Assembly (NCBI GenBank): GCA_963667845.2
Contig: CAXXVL010000002.1
Coordinates: 3,136,001-3,200,000 of the forward strand
Reading direction: 5' to 3'
Source: Smithellaceae bacterium
GTDB lineage: Bacteria; Desulfobacterota; Syntrophia; Syntrophales; Smithellaceae
Length of the DNA: 64,000 bases
The position numbers and the translations under genes are program-made. The notes beneath the pieces were generated by a model. The model saw only the letters and a program-made list of their open reading frames with translations. It was not told where the DNA came from and ran no database searches. Positions 30,711 through 41,712 of this stretch are shown in pieces. Each line of letters starts with the position of its first letter. Position 1 is the first letter of the stretch.

Positions 30711-33119
30711 CTAATTCACAGGCTGGGCGCTAACCTGCATATCATCGCTTACGGATTTGTCGTAAACATCCTCATCTTTTACAAAAGCGATGTCCAGCAC
30801 TTCATCAATGTGTTCAACAAAAACGATCTTCAGGGCGTGCTGGACATTTTGAGGTACTTCCGCCAGATCCTTCTCATTATCTTTCGGGATGATGACCATT
30901 TTGATATTGCCCCGATGAGCCGCCAGAATCTTCTCCTTAAGACCACCTATCGGCAACACCCTTCCCCGTAAGGTTATTTCACCGGTCATTGCCAGATCGG
31001 CGCGGACCTTCTTTTTCATAAGAACCGAGGCAATGGACGTCGCCATCGCGATACCAGCGGATGGTCCATCCTTGGGAATCGCTCCCTCCGGAACATGGAC
31101 GTGAATGTCTATCTTTCTATAGAAATTCTTCGGCAAACCAAATTTTTCGGCCCGCGCCCGGATGTAGGTCAGGGCCGCTTGTACCGACTCCTGCATGACG
31201 TCACCCAGTTTACCTGTCATGACCATACGACCGGTTCCTTCCATTACGGACGCTTCAATGGCCAGTAACTCGCCGCCTACTTCCGTCCAAGCTAAGCCCG
31301 TCGTGAGGCCGACCTGATTTTTTTCTTCGGTCTCACCGTGACGATATTTCGGGACTCCCAGATACTTCGGTATGTTTTTTGACGTAATCTCAATTTTTTT
31401 CTTTGTACCATTGCTGACAATTTCTTTTGCAACTTTTCGACAAACGGATGCAATTTCCCGTTCAAGATTTCGCACGCCCGCTTCTCTCGTGTACTGCCTG
31501 ATCATACGCAAGACGGCGCCCTTCGTGAACTCAATATTGTCGCCGATCAGACCGTTCGCCCCCATCTCCTTTGTCAAAAGAAATTTTTTCGCGATCTGCA
31601 GTTTTTCCTGCTCGGTATACCCGGCAATGCGAATCACTTCCATTCTATCTTGGAGCGGTGCCGGAATCGTCTGCAAAACATTGGCTGTTGTAATGAATAA
31701 AATATCGGATAAATCATAATCGACATCCAGATAATTATCATTAAACGCCACATTTTGTTCAGGATCGAGGACTTCCAATAGCGCCGACGACGGATCACCG
31801 CGAAAGTCAGAACTTAACTTGTCCACTTCATCGAGACAGAAGACGGGATTATTCGACCCTGCTTTCTTGAGAGATTGAATAATCTTGCCCGGCATCGCAC
31901 CAATGTAGGTTCTGCGATGCCCCCTGATTTCCGCTTCATCACGGACGCCACCCAACGAAATTCGAACAAACTTCCGATTCGTTGCCCTTGCGACTGATTT
32001 TGCAATTGACGTTTTTCCCACACCTGGAGGCCCTACTAGGCAGAGTATAGGACCTTTATTCTTCTTGACCAGCGATTGCACAGCCAGATACTCGATGATT
32101 CTTTCCTTCACCTTTTTTAAACCATAGTGATCTTCATCGAGAATTGTTTCCGATTCTTTCAGAGTATATTTATTTTCCGTTACCTCCGACCACGGCATAT
32201 CCAATAGCCAATCAATATAGTTACGGACAACAGTCGCTTCAGCAGACATCGGCGACATCATCTGCAGTTTCTTGATCTCCTGTCTGACTTTCTTGGTTGC
32301 TTCTTCAGAGAGTTTTTTCTGCTTGAGCCTCTTTTCTAAATCAGCTATTTCATTCTTGAAATCATCTTTTTCGCCCATTTCCTTCTGAATGGCGCGCATC
32401 TGTTCATTGAGATAATAATCCTTTTGCGTCTTCTCCATCTGTTTCTTGACGCGACGCTTGATCTTTTCTTCAACCTGGAGGATCTCAATTTCCGAGAGCA
32501 TCAGTGAATAAATAGCTTCCAGCCGTTCACCGATATTGTAAATCTCCATAATTTTTTGTTTATCTTCCAGTTTAACGTTCAAATGGGTAACAACGACATC
32601 CGCCAGTTTGGACGGATCTTCAATAGCGGCAATCGTTCCCATCATTTCCACGTGAACCTTTTTACTGAGCTTGAGATAAAGTTCAAAAGATTCCTTTATG
32701 CTCCGCATTAAAGCTTGTTTTCTGACATCATTGGGATCATCATCTACATCTTCAATGTCATCAACCTTTACGAGGAAAAAATCGTCATTCTTGAGATATT
32801 CTTTGATCGCTCCACGAGTCTTGCCTTCAACCAGGACCTTCACCGTTCCGTCCGGCAAACGCAATAATTGAATGATGATACCTATTGTCCCAACACGATA
32901 AATATCTTCTTCTGCAGGATCATCTTTCTTTGCATTCTTCTGGGCCACCATGAAAATCCCTTTTTCGTATTTCATGGCAGATTCCAGAGCGGCAATGGAT
33001 TTCTCCCGCCCGACAAACAACGGTACAATCATATGCGGAAAAACAACCACATCCCTCAGCGGCAACAGAGGGATGACGTTCGTTTTGTTTTGATCATTAT
33101 AATTTTGTTCTTCTGTCAT
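30711..33119 (-). CDS. lon: ATP-dependent protease La
   Basis: [11 protein letters not shown]-domain, [16 protein letters not shown]. Confidence 0.98.
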   Translation of the reverse strand: MTEEQNYNDQNKTNVIPLLPLRDVVVFPHMIVPLFVGREKSIAALESAMKYEKGIFMVAQKNAKKDDPAEEDIYRVGTIGIIIQLLRLPDGTVKVLVEGKTRGAIKEYLKNDDFFLVKVDDIEDVDDDPNDVRKQALMRSIKESFELYLKLSKKVHVEMMGTIAAIEDPSKLADVVVTHLNVKLEDKQKIMEIYNIGERLEAIYSLMLSEIEILQVEEKIKRRVKKQMEKTQKDYYLNEQMRAIQKEMGEKDDFKNEIADLEKRLKQKKLSEEATKKVRQEIKKLQMMSPMSAEATVVRNYIDWLLDMPWSEVTENKYTLKESETILDEDHYGLKKVKERIIEYLAVQSLVKKNKGPILCLVGPPGVGKTSIAKSVARATNRKFVRISLGGVRDEAEIRGHRRTYIGAMPGKIIQSLKKAGSNNPVFCLDEVDKLSSDFRGDPSSALLEVLDPEQNVAFNDNYLDVDYDLSDILFITTANVLQTIPAPLQDRMEVIRIAGYTEQEKLQIAKKFLLTKEMGANGLIGDNIEFTKGAVLRMIRQYTREAGVRNLEREIASVCRKVAKEIVSNGTKKKIEITSKNIPKYLGVPKYRHGETEEKNQVGLTTGLAWTEVGGELLAIEASVMEGTGRMVMTGKLGDVMQESVQAALTYIRARAEKFGLPKNFYRKIDIHVHVPEGAIPKDGPSAGIAMATSIASVLMKKKVRADLAMTGEITLRGRVLPIGGLKEKILAAHRGNIKMVIIPKDNEKDLAEVPQNVQHALKIVFVEHIDEVLDIAFVKDEDVYDKSVSDDMQVSAQPVN

Positions 33120-33139
33120 TCACTTTTTCCTATGTTTTT

Positions 33140-34399
33140 TTATGCAGATTCAGATTTTGTATCGTAAATCAAAATCGGTTTTTCTTTATTGACGACAACT
33201 TCTTCACTAATTACGCACTCTTTGATATCCCTTTGCGACGGAATATCATACATCACCTCCAACATTGTGTTTTCCAGAATCGAACGCAAACCACGTGCGC
33301 CGGACTTTCGTTCCATGGAAAGCTTCGCGACACAACGCAATGCACCATCGGTAAATTTCAAATTGACGTTTTCCAACTCAAATAACTTCTTATATTGTTT
33401 GATGATTGCGTCTTTCGGTTCCATGAGGATACGGACCAACGAGGCTTCATCAAGATCATCAAGAGTGGCAATAACCGGCAACCTTCCGATGAACTCCGGA
33501 ATTAAACCGAATTTGAGCAGGTCCTCGGAACGAACTTCCGATAATAGTTCTCCTACTCGCTTCTCTTTCTTGCTCTTAATTTCCGCACCAAACCCCATTG
33601 TATTGGTTCCGATTCTTTTCGATATGATCGTCTCCAAGTCATTAAAAGCTCCACCACAGATAAACAGGATATTCGTCGTATCCACCTGAATGAATTCCTG
33701 CTGAGGATGCTTTCGGCCCCCCTTTGGCGGTATATTGGCCATGGTCCCTTCCATAATTTTTAGCAGGGCTTGTTGAACACCCTCGCCGGAAACATCCCGA
33801 GTTATAGACGGGTTTCCTGATTTTTTTGCGATCTTATCTATTTCATCGATATAGACAATGCCTTTAGATGCTCGAGCGACATCATAATCGGCATTCTGCA
33901 GCAGGCTCAAAATAATATTTTCAACGTCTTCACCTACGTATCCTGCCTCTGTTAAAGTCGTCGCATCAGCTATTGTGAAGGGAACATTGAGAAATTTTGC
34001 CAATGTTTTCGCCAATAAAGTCTTTCCTGACCCTGTGGGACCGACCAGTAATACATTACTTTTCTGAATTTCAATACCATCAGTTGAGCTGACATTAGAG
34101 AAAAGTCTCTTATAATGGTTATAAACTGCAACTGATAGTATTTTTTTTGTTTTTTCCTGACCAATGACATAAGAATCAAGAAATTTCTTTATTTCCTTTG
34201 GTTCAGGCAAAACATTTTTTGGACTCTTTTCTACCGTTTTTTCTTCTTCCTCGACAATGCAGCGACACAACTCAATGCATTCATCACAAATATAAGCGGT
34301 GGGACCGGCAACTAACTTGCGAACTTCGCTTTGCATTTTTCCGCAAAATGAACAAAAAAGCATACCTTGCCCCCGATTGTCTTTACTTCTCTTAATCAC
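33140..34399 (-). CDS. clpX: Clp protease ATP-binding subunit ClpX
   Basis: CSFCGK zinc finger, [17 protein letters not shown] loop. Confidence 0.98.
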   Translation of the reverse strand: MIKRSKDNRGQGMLFCSFCGKMQSEVRKLVAGPTAYICDECIELCRCIVEEEEKTVEKSPKNVLPEPKEIKKFLDSYVIGQEKTKKILSVAVYNHYKRLFSNVSSTDGIEIQKSNVLLVGPTGSGKTLLAKTLAKFLNVPFTIADATTLTEAGYVGEDVENIILSLLQNADYDVARASKGIVYIDEIDKIAKKSGNPSITRDVSGEGVQQALLKIMEGTMANIPPKGGRKHPQQEFIQVDTTNILFICGGAFNDLETIISKRIGTNTMGFGAEIKSKKEKRVGELLSEVRSEDLLKFGLIPEFIGRLPVIATLDDLDEASLVRILMEPKDAIIKQYKKLFELENVNLKFTDGALRCVAKLSMERKSGARGLRSILENTMLEVMYDIPSQRDIKECVISEEVVVNKEKPILIYDTKSESA

Positions 34400-34412
34400 C
34401 TAATTTCTCCTT

Positions 34413-35015
34413 TTATTTAACTCCGGATAACGCCGGTTTCCTTATGACTATCTCGTCAATTAACCCATATACTTTAGCTTGTGCACTGGTCATGAAATAG
34501 TCGCGTTCCGTATCGTTCATAATTTTTTCCAGTTGCTGTCCAGTTAATTCAGCCAAAATTTTGTTTAATTCATCTTTAAGTCTCAGTATTTCTCGCGCCT
34601 GGATGTCAATATCCGTTGCTTGCCCCTGAAAGCCACCTAATGGCTGATGAATCAGAATTCGCGAATGCGGAAGGGCAAATCGTTTTCCCTTCTCACCGGC
34701 CGCCAGAAGAATAGCAGCCATACTCGCTGCTTGACCCATGCACACTGTTGAAATCTGAGGCTTAATATACTGCATCGTATCATAAATCGCCATCCCCGAA
34801 CTGACATGACCGCCGGGCGAATTCAGATAGAAAAATATCTCTTTGTCCGGATCCTCAGCTTCCAGATAAAGCATTTGAGCCACAACAACATTCGCAACGT
34901 TATCGTCAATCGCGGTTCCTAAAAAAATTATTCTATCCTTTAAAAGTCTGGAATAAATGTCGAACGCTCTTTCGCCCCGCCCGTCTTGTTCGACTACCAT
35001 TGGTATCAGATTCAC
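34413..35015 (-). CDS. clpP: Clp protease proteolytic subunit
   Basis: [27 protein letters not shown]. Confidence 0.98.
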   Translation of the reverse strand: MNLIPMVVEQDGRGERAFDIYSRLLKDRIIFLGTAIDDNVANVVVAQMLYLEAEDPDKEIFFYLNSPGGHVSSGMAIYDTMQYIKPQISTVCMGQAASMAAILLAAGEKGKRFALPHSRILIHQPLGGFQGQATDIDIQAREILRLKDELNKILAELTGQQLEKIMNDTERDYFMTSAQAKVYGLIDEIVIRKPALSGVK

Positions 35016-36337
35016 TCAGCTGCCTCCTCATCCATCCCGACCTTTTCGATTACCTTAATATTGGCCTGCTGCTCAATAAAGTCAAACACCTTTTTCTGGA
35101 CAATTTCCGATTTCAGGGAGTTTACTCTCTCTTCATTATCATAAGCGCCTTTAACGACAGCAGGATCTGTTTGATGAATTTCTGCTAATTCTTTGATATG
35201 ATTATCAATGTCCTCTTCAGATACCGTAATAGCTTCTTTTTCCGCTATTTTCTTGATAAGCAGGAAAGACCTGACAGTCTTTTCCGCTTCCTGTTTGAAC
35301 TGATCATGCATCCGAAAACTTAATTCCATCGCACTCTTCTCCTCCATGCCGGCCGATCTCATTCTTTTTTGCGTGTCCGACATCATATAAAAGATTTGCC
35401 GTTCAACGAGTGATGGAGGTGCCTCAAATTCATTGGCTTTCAAAAGAGCTTCTATTATCTGATCCTTCAGCTTAGCGTCGCTTTGACGCTTGGATTGATC
35501 TTCCATTGACTTCCTGACGTCGTTGTTTAAATCTTCCAGAGTATTATATTTGTCAAAATTTTTAATAAAAGTTTCGTCTAATTCAGGCAGCTTTTGCTCT
35601 TTCAGGCCTTTCATCGTGACGGTAAACGAGACATCCTTTCCCGCCATTTTCTTCTCGTGATAATCCTCCGGAAAGGTCAAATTAATATCCTTTACTTCGC
35701 CTTTCTTCAACCCGACCAGTTTTTCTTCGAACCCCGGTATAAATCGATCCGATCCCAACTCCAGAAGGAAGTTATCTGATTTAAGCTCGGGCAAGGCATC
35801 ACCTTCCATCGTTCCCGCAAAATCAATGGTCACAAAGTCGCCCATCACCGCCTGCCGGTCTTCATCCACGTCCTGCATTGTGGCAAACATTTTACGAATT
35901 TCCTGCAGCCGCTTTTCCATATCTTTGTCCGATATGGAAATATTCGTTTTCACAAGTTCGATACCCTGATACCCCAGCGGTTCAAAAGTCGGTTCCGTTT
36001 CAAAAGACGCACTGAATGAAAATTCCGCATTCTCCTTCAAGCCGTCCTGCTCAATTTCCGGACGGGAAAGTGTTACAATACCTCTGTCATCAAGCTCCTG
36101 CCAATAATACTTATTGACGATGTTCGTAATCGCTTCTCCCTCGGCATCCGCTTTAAAATAGCTTTCCAGCATCTTGCGAGGAATCTTGCCCGGGCGGAAA
36201 CCTTTTATCTTGGCTTTCTTGCCAATTTCCCGATAGACAGCTTCCAGTTCATCTTTAACAAATGCCCAGGGTATGACAAATGACATCTTTTTCTTAACCT
36301 GGCTGATATCTTCTACTTTTACAGTAAGTTCACTCAC
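35012..36337 (-). CDS. tig: Trigger factor
   Basis: GFRPGKIP ribosome-binding motif, FKBP domain (FIPGFEE, FPEDYH). Confidence 0.96.
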   Translation of the reverse strand: MSELTVKVEDISQVKKKMSFVIPWAFVKDELEAVYREIGKKAKIKGFRPGKIPRKMLESYFKADAEGEAITNIVNKYYWQELDDRGIVTLSRPEIEQDGLKENAEFSFSASFETEPTFEPLGYQGIELVKTNISISDKDMEKRLQEIRKMFATMQDVDEDRQAVMGDFVTIDFAGTMEGDALPELKSDNFLLELGSDRFIPGFEEKLVGLKKGEVKDINLTFPEDYHEKKMAGKDVSFTVTMKGLKEQKLPELDETFIKNFDKYNTLEDLNNDVRKSMEDQSKRQSDAKLKDQIIEALLKANEFEAPPSLVERQIFYMMSDTQKRMRSAGMEEKSAMELSFRMHDQFKQEAEKTVRSFLLIKKIAEKEAITVSEEDIDNHIKELAEIHQTDPAVVKGAYDNEERVNSLKSEIVQKKVFDFIEQQANIKVIEKVGMDEEAAE

Positions 36338-36379
36338 TACTTTATTTCTCCTTATATTAGATTATTTCACTCTTTCATA

Positions 36380-36466
36380 TGGTGCGAGAGAGGGGACTTG
36401 AACCCCTAACCGCTTGGGCGGGCTGGATCCTAAGTCCAGTGCGTCTGCCAATTCCGCCACTCTCGC
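36380..36466 (-). tRNA. tRNA-Leu (TAG)
   Basis: GCGAGAG acceptor, CTGGA-CTTAGGA-TCCAG, long variable arm, CCA end; 87 nt. Confidence 0.97.
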
Positions 36467-36483
36467 CTTTTAATAAATCCAGG

Positions 36484-36511
36484 ATTATATATTCATTACT
36501 TAAAATGTCAA
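36484..36511 (-). promoter_or_regulatory. Consensus sigma70 promoter for tRNA-Leu and possibly tig-clpP-clpX-lon
   Basis: Perfect TTGACA-N16-TATAAT. Confidence 0.75.
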
Positions 36512-36747
36512 CGCGGATCATTACCGCATAATGGAGCAAATCGAGTTAAATTACACTCTTCGTCTTTTTGCTTTCTGTAATTGATAATTACCTTTAATGC
36601 AAGAGAAAGATAACCATCGTCTCGCCTAATTCTCTTTACTTTTCTGCCTTAATCGTGATTTTTTTCGATGTTCTTTAAAAGAAATGATGAGTTGATGAAA
36701 AAAAGAGTATAAAATGAAAATCAATATGAAAAATGACAAGTTGGAAA

Positions 36748-36824
36748 TGGTCGGGGCGAGTGGATTTGAACCACCGGCCCTCTGAACCCCATTCAGATAC
36801 GCTACCAGACTGCGCCACGCCCCG
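36748..36824 (-). tRNA. tRNA-Pro (GGG)
   Basis: CGGGGCG acceptor, TCTGA-ATGGGGT-TCAGA, GTTCAAATC, CCA end; 77 nt. Confidence 0.97.
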
Positions 36825-36847
36825 ACAAGTGCTGCAAAGTGTTGAGG

Positions 36848-36876
36848 TCATTACCACCATCATGAAATCATGTCAA
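36848..36876 (-). promoter_or_regulatory. Sigma70 promoter for tRNA-Pro
   Basis: TTGACA-N17-TAATGA with extended TG. Confidence 0.55.
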
Positions 36877-37035
36877 GAACAAACAAAATCGAATGCCTTC
36901 TGTGCAATTAATTAAAGATTTTGTTCTTTACATTCGATAAAATATAATAATAATAAAATAAAGAAGAAATCGAAACAAAGACGCAGGTTATATTTCTTCT
37001 TGAACTAATGCTGTCATTAACGTATTATTAATACT

Positions 37036-37659
37036 ATGATAAAGAAAAGAATGCAGAATTCTTCTAAATTAATCGGAATACTGTCGGCAATTTTTCTTGT
37101 TTCGCTATTCTTGCTGCTGCTCGATGATTCTCTCGCATATGCGGATATTTATAAATATGAAGATGAAGAAGGCGTCATCCATCTGACAAACGTGCCTTCC
37201 AATCCAAAAGCCAAATATGTAATGATCCTGAGAGAAAAGAGGATTCTCTTTTCGAAAGGGATCGATATTCGTCAATATGATAAAATTATTTCTGATGCCG
37301 CCGGCAAATTTAACCTGGATATTGCGCTGATCAAGGCCGTTATCAAGGCTGAGTCAAATTTTAATCATCACGCTGTGTCGAGGGCCGGTGCAAAAGGGCT
37401 CATGCAGTTGATGCCTCAAACCGCCTCGGCATTAAAGGTTGATGATGTTTTCCATCCAGGTGAGAATATTGAAGGCGGTGCCCGCTATCTCCGATACCTG
37501 TTGAATCTTTACAGAGGGAACCTGACGCTCGCACTGGCCGCTTATAACGCAGGTGAAGGGGCAGTGGCAAAATACAATTACGGCGTGCCGCCTTATCGCG
37601 AGACGCAAAATTACATCCGGCGCGTTCTTGCCTTCTATGAATCATTCAGCAGGTCATAG
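37036..37659 (+). CDS. SLT-family lytic transglycosylase with N-terminal DUF4124-like domain
   Basis: ADIYKYEDEEGVIHLTNVP, AVIKAES, GLMQLMP, AAYNAG. Confidence 0.92.
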   Translation: MIKKRMQNSSKLIGILSAIFLVSLFLLLLDDSLAYADIYKYEDEEGVIHLTNVPSNPKAKYVMILREKRILFSKGIDIRQYDKIISDAAGKFNLDIALIKAVIKAESNFNHHAVSRAGAKGLMQLMPQTASALKVDDVFHPGENIEGGARYLRYLLNLYRGNLTLALAAYNAGEGAVAKYNYGVPPYRETQNYIRRVLAFYESFSRS

Positions 37660-38232
37660 GTCCTGATCCACTACCTCATCAACATAAAGATATCGTTTTA
37701 ATCTTAATAATTTTTTCTCTTTAATTCCATTAACATCCATTAACTGTTCTATTTTCTCAAACCTGATATTTTCTTTGCGCCAGTTTAAGATGCGGATAGC
37801 TAAACCGTCTCCGATCCCGGGAACTAATCTCAAATCATCCAGACTCGCCATGTTAATATCCAAAGGCAGGCCCAGTGCCAACCTTTTCTCGGCATCCATC
37901 TTCCCGATAACAATCCCCTGGTCAGCTGCGGCCGGGACGAGATGCATCTTTATCCCACTATGCAGATTTAGATCGATTTTGATATTCGGCTTAATCTTAG
38001 CTTGTGAAAACAATTGACTGGCTGTCGTTCCCGGCCGGACAAAAAAGATTCCCGACTCGCCACTTTCTTGAACGACTTCAATTATCAGATTTTTGGAATC
38101 GGATCCGGATGTCGACAGGACGGGGGTTTCGGGATCAAAGAGAAAAGGCATCAAGAAAAAAACAAGGGGAATGAACGCTAAAGTTATTGATATCGCAATC
38201 ATTCCCCTTGTCTGATGTTCAAACATCATCAT
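37654..38232 (-). CDS. ComEA-like helix-hairpin-helix DNA-binding protein
   Basis: N-terminal TM, LDINMASLDDLRLVPGIG and VNGIKEK HhH pair. Confidence 0.8.
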   Translation of the reverse strand: MMMFEHQTRGMIAISITLAFIPLVFFLMPFLFDPETPVLSTSGSDSKNLIIEVVQESGESGIFFVRPGTTASQLFSQAKIKPNIKIDLNLHSGIKMHLVPAAADQGIVIGKMDAEKRLALGLPLDINMASLDDLRLVPGIGDGLAIRILNWRKENIRFEKIEQLMDVNGIKEKKLLRLKRYLYVDEVVDQDL

Positions 38233-38237
38233 TCCAG

Positions 38238-39458
38238 TTATTTTTTCTTTTCCAGATGAAACGCATCGTGCAGCACGGTAACAGCCAATTCGGTATATTT
38301 TCTCTGTATTACGCAAGATATTTTTATTTCCGACGTACTGATCATCATGATATTAATGCTTTCGTCCGCCATAGTTTTGAACATTTTCGCCGCGACACCG
38401 GAATGGCTGACCATGCCCACGCCGATGATCGATATTTTGGCAACCTCATCATCCACTTCCACTTTTTTTGCACCAATTTCCTTAGCTGTTGCTTCGACGA
38501 TCTTCTGCGCTTCTTTCATGTCCTTTTTGGACACGGTGAAGGTCAGATCCGTATAACCTTGTGAACTGGCGTTTTGGATAATCATATCGACGCTGATATT
38601 GCGTTCCGACAAAGGCGTAAATAAATTCGCCGCGATGCCCGGTTTATCCGGTATATGAACAACGGTAATTTTAGCCTGATCCCGATCATACGTAATCCCT
38701 GACAGCACTTCTCTCTCCATCTCTCGATCCTCCTTCGTTACAAGTGTTCCACCTTCATCGGAAAAAGTTGATTTAACATAAACAGGCACATTATATTTTT
38801 TGGCCATTTCTACGGAACGGGGCTGCAAAACCTTAGCACCCGTCATAGCCATTTCCAACATTTCGTCGTAGGAAATCTTTTCCAGTCTTCTTGCTTTAGA
38901 ACAAACGTTGGGGTCGGTCGTATAAACGCCATCGACATCCGTATAGATATCACATCGTTCGGCGGCGAGTGCTGCAGCGAGCGCGACAGCACTCGTATCC
39001 GAGCCTCCGCGTCCCAGAGTAGTAATGTTATTATCCTCATCTACCCCCTGAAATCCGGCAACGACAACGATTGTGCCTTTCTTGATTTCTTTCTGGATAA
39101 CATCCGTATCAATCATAGATATTCTTGCTTTTTTATAGGCACTGTCCGTTTTGATTTTGACCTGAAACCCAAGAAAAGAGCGGGATCTGTATCCCATGGA
39201 ATTCAGCACAATGGACAGCAACGTAATCGTCACCTGCTCACCCGTCGAGATTAATGAATCGTACTCTCGTTCATCGGGTGCATCCGCAGCGCTGTGTGCC
39301 AGATCGATCAATCTGTTTGTCTCGCCTGCCATCGCGGAAAGCACAACAATAACATCATGACCTGCATTCTTTTCACGAATTGCCTTCAGTGCCACATTCT
39401 TTATCTTTTCAACATTCGCTACTGATGTTCCGCCATATTTCTGAACGACCAACCCCAT
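38238..39458 (-). CDS. lysC: Aspartate kinase
   Basis: VQKYGGTSV, TTLGRGGSDTSA, two ACT domains, STSEIKIS. Confidence 0.96.
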   Translation of the reverse strand: MGLVVQKYGGTSVANVEKIKNVALKAIREKNAGHDVIVVLSAMAGETNRLIDLAHSAADAPDEREYDSLISTGEQVTITLLSIVLNSMGYRSRSFLGFQVKIKTDSAYKKARISMIDTDVIQKEIKKGTIVVVAGFQGVDEDNNITTLGRGGSDTSAVALAAALAAERCDIYTDVDGVYTTDPNVCSKARRLEKISYDEMLEMAMTGAKVLQPRSVEMAKKYNVPVYVKSTFSDEGGTLVTKEDREMEREVLSGITYDRDQAKITVVHIPDKPGIAANLFTPLSERNISVDMIIQNASSQGYTDLTFTVSKKDMKEAQKIVEATAKEIGAKKVEVDDEVAKISIIGVGMVSHSGVAAKMFKTMADESINIMMISTSEIKISCVIQRKYTELAVTVLHDAFHLEKKK

Positions 39459-39461
39459 TGT

Positions 39462-39947
39462 CTAGACCTCCCCTTTGATGTCCTTAACTAATTCTAGAAC
39501 TCTTCTTTTCGGACCGCTGATTCTTATCATCCTTTTATTTTCATCAATATATGTAAAATTAACTTTTATCGTATTATCCGGGAGAGCATTTTCTATTTTT
39601 TCAGCCCATTCGATTGCAACCACGCCCTTTCCAGATACGTACTCATCGTAGCCCAAATCAATTAATTCGTCTATTTGATTTAGGCGATAAACGTCAAAGT
39701 GATAAAAATGGCATCTCCCCGGATACTCATTGATCAACGTAAAGGTCGGACTGGTAATCGCATAGTTTTCATCGACGCCAATCCCTCGCGCCAATCCACC
39801 GGTAAAGCAGGTCTTTCCAGCACCCAATTCTCCCGATAGTGCAAAAACGTCCCCCTCCCCGGCTTCTTTTCCGACAGCCATACCTAAGGCAAATGTCTGT
39901 TCGGCACTTTCGGATGCTATTTCCACAAGGATATTCTTTTTATTCAT
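39462..39947 (-). CDS. tsaE: t6A biosynthesis ATPase TsaE
   Basis: GELGAGKT, SPTFTL, HFDVYRL, IEW. Confidence 0.95.
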   Translation of the reverse strand: MNKKNILVEIASESAEQTFALGMAVGKEAGEGDVFALSGELGAGKTCFTGGLARGIGVDENYAITSPTFTLINEYPGRCHFYHFDVYRLNQIDELIDLGYDEYVSGKGVVAIEWAEKIENALPDNTIKVNFTYIDENKRMIRISGPKRRVLELVKDIKGEV

Positions 39948-39974
39948 TCGTTGGATAAATTTATCATTAAAAAA

Positions 39975-40355
39975 TTATTTTTCCAGCAAAACAATCGCGG
40001 ATGCGTAGCTTTTTGTATGAGTGATACTGAGATGTATTTTAGCGATGCCGGCATTTACAAAGTATTCCTGCGCTCCACCGGACAATCTTATTTCCGGTCT
40101 ACCGCTCTCTTCATTGACGACTTCGATTTCCAGCAGCTTCACTCCTCTGCCGAGACCCGTTCCAATAGCCTTCAGAAACGATTCTTTTACAGCAAAGCGG
40201 GCTCCATAATGAACCGACGCTTGGCTCGCATGGCGTCGGCAATATGTTATTTCTCCTTCAGAAAAAACTCTCGATAAGAATTTATCACCCCATTTTCGAA
40301 TGATTCTTTCCATGCGATCGTTTTCCACCAGATCAATGCCGATTCCGTATATCAT
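39975..40355 (-). CDS. acpS: Holo-ACP synthase
   Basis: GIGIDLV, RFAVKES..KAIGTG, HLSITH. Confidence 0.95.
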   Translation of the reverse strand: MIYGIGIDLVENDRMERIIRKWGDKFLSRVFSEGEITYCRRHASQASVHYGARFAVKESFLKAIGTGLGRGVKLLEIEVVNEESGRPEIRLSGGAQEYFVNAGIAKIHLSITHTKSYASAIVLLEK

Positions 40356-40363
40356 AGATTTAC

Positions 40364-41557
40364 CTAAGCATGAATAATCGCATCCGTCATTGCCGCAACT
40401 TTCTTCATTGCCGACACATCATGAACTCGGACAATGTGGCAGCCGTTTATGATAGCTGCAGCGACAGTTGCTGCAGTCCCTTCGATTCGGTCCGTAGCCA
40501 GCCCACCGATGACCTGGCCGATAAATGATTTGCGGGACGTTCCGATCAATATAGGAAGCCCCAGAATTTTCATTTCAGCAAGCTTGTTTAGGATACGGCA
40601 GTTATCTTCATATGTCTTGCCAAACCCGATTCCCGGATCGACTGCCAAATGATCCCATCCGATACCCGCCGCGATTGCCTTCTTGCAAGCATTCTTCAGA
40701 TGGCCGATAATCTCTGCCATCAGATCATCGTAGAGAAGATTCCCTGTTTGCATGTTTGCCGGTAGTCCTCTCATGTGCATCAGGATTAACGCCGCTGATC
40801 CTTTATGAACAACCGAGGCCATTTTCTTGTCACATCCGAGCGCGCTGACGTCGTTGATAATCTCTGCTCCGGCATCCAGCGATTTTTGCGCGACATGCGC
40901 TTTTGTCGTATCCACAGATATCGGAATGGTCAGTTTCCCGCAGAGGGCATCCACAACCGGCACTACTCTCGTTATTTCCTGCTGCGCGGTGACCGGCTTA
41001 GAGCCGGGACGAGTCGATTCTCCGCCAATATCTATGATATCGGCGCCCTCTTCAGCCATTTGCAGCCCGCGTTCAATGGCTTTTTTTTGCTCAAAGTAAC
41101 GGTTGCCGTCGGAAAAAGAATCTGGCGTAACATTTAAAATGCCCATAATCAAAGTTCTTCGGCCCAAAGTGATCTCACGCCTCGACGTCTTAAGAACGAA
41201 GCTGTCCCGGACATGATTACCGAGCAGATTCAGGATGTCCTGGGCAATCAAATTCAATCCAAAAGGCTGTCTTTCGATCTTCTTGGCCAGAGCACTAATC
41301 TGTTTAAAAGTCCCCATCAGTAAAATATCCGTCTTTTCAACTGCACAGGAAACACTACCACGGGCAACCGCCGCATCGGCGCCCAGCGAAAGCATTTCTT
41401 GTTTGATTATGTTGGCGATTTTGCAGGGTTGCGCGGGCAGCAGAATATTCAGATGCTGAGTCTTTGGTGCCATCGCCTCGATTCCGTATGAATCAACGCC
41501 TATTATCTTAAATATTTTAATAGCTTCTTCAATATTATTGATTTTAACGATCATCAA
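40364..41557 (-). CDS. folP: Dihydropteroate synthase with ~130-aa N-terminal extension
   Basis: MGILNVTPDSFSDG, GGESTRPG, DPGIGFGK, SRKSF, VRVHDV. Confidence 0.95.
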   Translation of the reverse strand: MMIVKINNIEEAIKIFKIIGVDSYGIEAMAPKTQHLNILLPAQPCKIANIIKQEMLSLGADAAVARGSVSCAVEKTDILLMGTFKQISALAKKIERQPFGLNLIAQDILNLLGNHVRDSFVLKTSRREITLGRRTLIMGILNVTPDSFSDGNRYFEQKKAIERGLQMAEEGADIIDIGGESTRPGSKPVTAQQEITRVVPVVDALCGKLTIPISVDTTKAHVAQKSLDAGAEIINDVSALGCDKKMASVVHKGSAALILMHMRGLPANMQTGNLLYDDLMAEIIGHLKNACKKAIAAGIGWDHLAVDPGIGFGKTYEDNCRILNKLAEMKILGLPILIGTSRKSFIGQVIGGLATDRIEGTAATVAAAIINGCHIVRVHDVSAMKKVAAMTDAIIHA

Positions 41558-41712
41558 AGTGCTTCACCATGTTGGAAAATGAGATTTTGAGGCATTTTGA
41601 CTTGAAAGTGTGAATAATTCCCGCAGGCGAATAGTAGACAAACAGCGCCCCAATCGGCGCTTTTCTGCCTGCAACTCGGATCTAGATCAAAAAAAGAATG
41701 AACCATTATTAT

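Noticed and set aside
30452..36824. tRNA genes as integration sites
   Set aside because: No integrase, no duplicated tRNA 3' ends noticed, and flanks are core genes
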